Source: Coprothermobacterota bacterium (GTDB taxonomy: Bacteria; Coprothermobacterota; Coprothermobacteria; Coprothermobacterales; Coprothermobacteraceae). Taken from it: DNA of 64,000 nt. Location: the NCBI GenBank assembly GCA_036679065.1, contig JAZIGN010000003.1, positions 320,001 through 384,000 on the forward strand, read 5' to 3'. Below, one piece after another: positions 61,060 through 64,000 of the stretch. The position numbers and the translations under genes were made by a program. The notes under the pieces are model-generated. The model saw only the letters and a list, made by a program, of their open reading frames with translations. It was not told the DNA's origin and ran no database searches. Numbering within the stretch: position 1 is the stretch's first letter; every line of letters begins with the position of its first letter.

Positions 61060-62260
61060 TCGTTACCTTCCTTTCCATACCAGAAAGGCCATGCATGACC
61101 AGCTCTAGAACCGTTAAAACTGAATTATCGTTAATTTCTTTGCATTCATCCAAAACAAACCACTTAATGCCAGTAGTGTGTGAGACTCCCATGAGGATGT
61201 AAGCAAGCACTTCTGGGTCCATTGGTCTTATCTGTTTGCTTTCCATGGCTTGGGCTAGACCTTTTGTGTAGCCCTCAGCCAATCGTGTGTAATACCAAAT
61301 ACCGATGCTAGGTTCGACGAACTCTGCTTCTCGAACTATGCGGTATGCTGGCCCCATGTTTTTGAATAGGTGGTAAAAAGCCTGGAATCCCACGTTTTCT
61401 ATGGTTCTGCGGTCTGTTAAAGCATCTTGGTAAATGCGTGAGGTCTTCCTGAGCGTGTGGTTTACGTACTTGACAATTTCTGCTAAGAGTTCCGTCTTGC
61501 TTTCAAAGTAAAGGTAAAAGGTACCTAGGCCAACACCGGCTTCAGACGTGATTTCTGTTAGCTGTGTTTTTTCAAACCCCTTTTCCCCAAAGAGTTTTTC
61601 TCCGGCCTTGAGTAATTGGTACTTCGTCCGTTCCCCGCGAGAAGCAAATTGGGGTTCCTGGCTCTCCATGGGTTTTTCGGGAACTATGAATGGGGTAAAA
61701 GTTCCGTCGATGTCAATTCCCTTGTCCAGAAAGACTTTTACTGTTTCTAATTCTTGGTCGATGTCTTCTTTGTTCTCCCAGATTAGATTCTTTATCACCA
61801 CAAAGTAAACACTGCCTAAAAGTGCATAAGCCAGAGTTTCCAAGTCGTACAGCTTTGAAAAATCTCTTGGAAGAGCTTTAGCGATGAGGTGAGTGATTCT
61901 TTGATAGTAATCTCTGATCAAATCTTTTTCGACAAATTCCACCTCTCTGAAGGTGTCATAAAGGTCTTTGTGGCTTCTTATGTAATCTTTATAGGTTACA
62001 AGGATATTGATAACGTTTTGCAGAAGACTTCCTTCGAAGGATATATGCTGACGGATTTCCTCTTCAAGTCCGTCACGATAGGTAACGGCCAGCTCGTTGA
62101 AAATGTCTTCTTTGTTTGCAAAGTAGTAATAAACCAGTGAAGTTCGGACACCCAAACGTTTAGCAATCTCATTTACCGAGCTGTTGCCATAGCGACGCTC
62201 TCTGAATACCTCCAGTGCGGTTCCCAGTATTAGGTCCCTGGTCTTCTTGCCTTTCCCCAT
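61037..62260 (-). CDS. Tandem (double-domain) TetR regulator
   Basis: Two HTH motifs: IAKRLGV..VYYYFANK and ITSEAGVGLGTFYLYFESK. Confidence 0.85.
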   Translation of the reverse strand: MGKGKKTRDLILGTALEVFRERRYGNSSVNEIAKRLGVRTSLVYYYFANKEDIFNELAVTYRDGLEEEIRQHISFEGSLLQNVINILVTYKDYIRSHKDLYDTFREVEFVEKDLIRDYYQRITHLIAKALPRDFSKLYDLETLAYALLGSVYFVVIKNLIWENKEDIDQELETVKVFLDKGIDIDGTFTPFIVPEKPMESQEPQFASRGERTKYQLLKAGEKLFGEKGFEKTQLTEITSEAGVGLGTFYLYFESKTELLAEIVKYVNHTLRKTSRIYQDALTDRRTIENVGFQAFYHLFKNMGPAYRIVREAEFVEPSIGIWYYTRLAEGYTKGLAQAMESKQIRPMDPEVLAYILMGVSHTTGIKWFVLDECKEINDNSVLTVLELVMHGLSGMERKVTNELQRNL

Positions 62261-63216
62261 TAGCTTCGTTCTCCTTCTTCCTTCTTGAATAATTTATTAA
62301 TCCTCATTATAAGTTCAGAGAGCCCTCGGGGTAAGAACAGGACGACCAGAATCAAGACAACGCCAAACAAAACTCCAGCCATGGCTTCCAGTTTTGTACC
62401 AAATAGTCTGGGGACAATGACCCACAGGGCGGAACCGAGCACAGGGCCCCACAAGGTACCAATACCTCCAATGATGGTAATAGCAAGAAACTCAATGGAC
62501 AAGCCAAATCCGAACATGTCTGGGTGCAAATATGAAAGAGAATGACCATACATGGCACCAGCGACGCCGGCCAAGAAAGAAGAGATGACAAAAGCTAGGA
62601 CCTTGTAGTAGGAAATGTTTATGCCAAACACTTTTGCTGCAACCTCCGAATCTCTCATTGCCCTAAAAGCCATACCTGTCTTGCTTTTGAGCAGGTTGTT
62701 CACCAAAAAGATGGTTAGTAACAAGATAGCCAGATAGAGATAATACTTTGCGAATTCACTGCTGAATTGGTAGCCAAAAATGGTGACGGGAGGGACGTTG
62801 GTGAGACCCCTGTCAGCTCCAAGAATTTCCATCCTTTTTATGACGTCGGTTACGGCAGTTCCAAGGGCCATGGTTGCAATGGCAAGATAGAATCCCTTGA
62901 GTCTTAGGGCTGGAAAGCCTATGATCAAACCGAAAAGACCTGCCAAAAGACCACCTGCTAACACACTAACAATGGATGGAATTCCATACCGGATCATGAG
63001 GATGGCAGAGGTGTAGCCACCAATTCCCATGAAGGCTGCATGACCTAAAGAGATCTGGCCAGCTACCCCAAGTAGCAAGTTCAGACCAACTGCAGAAACG
63101 GCGTAAATGATGGCTAGGTTTATATAGGCAACAATGGAGGGCCGCGCATTGAATACTAAGGGGATGAGGAGTGCCAAGATCAAAAGTAAGAAAGGAAGAA
63201 TTTTCTTTTTCATCAT
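62260..63216 (-). CDS. Branched-chain amino acid-type ABC permease LivM
   Basis: GQISLGHAAF, LRLKGFYLAIAT, IGGIG. Confidence 0.9.
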   Translation of the reverse strand: MMKKKILPFLLLILALLIPLVFNARPSIVAYINLAIIYAVSAVGLNLLLGVAGQISLGHAAFMGIGGYTSAILMIRYGIPSIVSVLAGGLLAGLFGLIIGFPALRLKGFYLAIATMALGTAVTDVIKRMEILGADRGLTNVPPVTIFGYQFSSEFAKYYLYLAILLLTIFLVNNLLKSKTGMAFRAMRDSEVAAKVFGINISYYKVLAFVISSFLAGVAGAMYGHSLSYLHPDMFGFGLSIEFLAITIIGGIGTLWGPVLGSALWVIVPRLFGTKLEAMAGVLFGVVLILVVLFLPRGLSELIMRINKLFKKEEGERS

Positions 63217-64000
63217 GACCTCCCTGCCTCACGGCTTCCAAACAGCCCATTTGGAAGGAAAAGCAGTATGGCAACAATGAGCAGCAAGGAAAAGCTTTCC
63301 TTTATGGCTGGCACGTAGTAGGCAACTAAGTTCTCCATAACACCCAGAATCAGACCTCCCCAAATGGCACCAGTTACTGAATTCATGCCACCGAGAACAG
63401 CCGCTGTGAATGCTTTTAGTTGTACTACTACCATGAAGAGCGGCTGAAGGGAAAGTCTAGGGGCAGTCATTATTCCAGCTAGACCAGCCAGTCCAAAACT
63501 TATTGCCCATATGAATGAATGAATTCGATTAATGGGGATTCCGAGTACGCGGGACGCATATTCGTCGTCAGCTATGCTTCGAGCCGCAATACCGATTTTT
63601 GTTCGGTACAGTATGAAGGAAAGTATGCCAAAAACAACAAGAGCTGTGACCAAGCACAAGATATCCTGACGATCCAGAATGACGGAGCCGAAATGCACGG
63701 GGTCACCTGGTATGAGCGGTGGGAATAACAGCGGAATGTTCCCAAAGAATGTGGCCACTATGCCTTCAAAAATCATGGTCAGTCCCAGTGTGATGATCAT
63801 CATTCCCAGATGCGAACTTTTCTTTGCTTTAGAGATAAGCCCCTTGTAAACCAAATATCCTAGCACGGCTCCCGCAACAATAACGATGGGCAGAGTGAGT
63901 GATGGGGCGATGCCTCTTAAAATGAAGAAAAAAGCAATGTAGGTAAGAAACATGCCAGTATCCCCTTGAGCGAAGTTCATCACGTTTGTAGTAGACAATA
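63213..64000 (-). CDS. Branched-chain amino acid-type ABC permease LivH, 5' end outside window
   Basis: NFAQG, KAFTAAVLGG, PNGLFG. Confidence 0.9.
   Translation of the reverse strand, partial: LSTTNVMNFAQGDTGMFLTYIAFFFILRGIAPSLTLPIVIVAGAVLGYLVYKGLISKAKKSSHLGMMIITLGLTMIFEGIVATFFGNIPLLFPPLIPGDPVHFGSVILDRQDILCLVTALVVFGILSFILYRTKIGIAARSIADDEYASRVLGIPINRIHSFIWAISFGLAGLAGIMTAPRLSLQPLFMVVVQLKAFTAAVLGGMNSVTGAIWGGLILGVMENLVAYYVPAIKESFSLLLIVAILLFLPNGLFGSREAGRS

Overview
A moderate-GC bacterial chromosomal window, probably from an anaerobic, proteolytic organism (Coprothermobacter-like; this is an impression from gene content, not verified). In order it contains: an amino-sugar PTS catabolic operon (0-10.3 kb); a TusA-YeeE-DsrEFH sulfur-relay operon with a convergent MalY/PatB C-S lyase; an orphan pair of complex I/Ech-like membrane subunits; asnA, azoR, corA and namA; a broken nucleoside phosphorylase; a cluster of secreted proteases (two S8, one C1A) sharing a copper-amine-oxidase-N-like C-terminal domain; LacI/RbsB remnants; a GmrSD-like nuclease; BlaI/BlaR1 with clear operators; an ars-like operon; AOR; and a Liv-ABC/TetR/CoA-transferase/thiolase operon. 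The most striking feature is a degenerate type I-B CRISPR locus (cas1 3' remnant, intact cas2, leader). Its five 30-bp repeats are split 3+2 by a 3,099-bp AT-rich segment carrying a complete three-gene DpnII-like (GATC) restriction-modification system, which occupies the place of a single spacer and has no evident promoter of its own.
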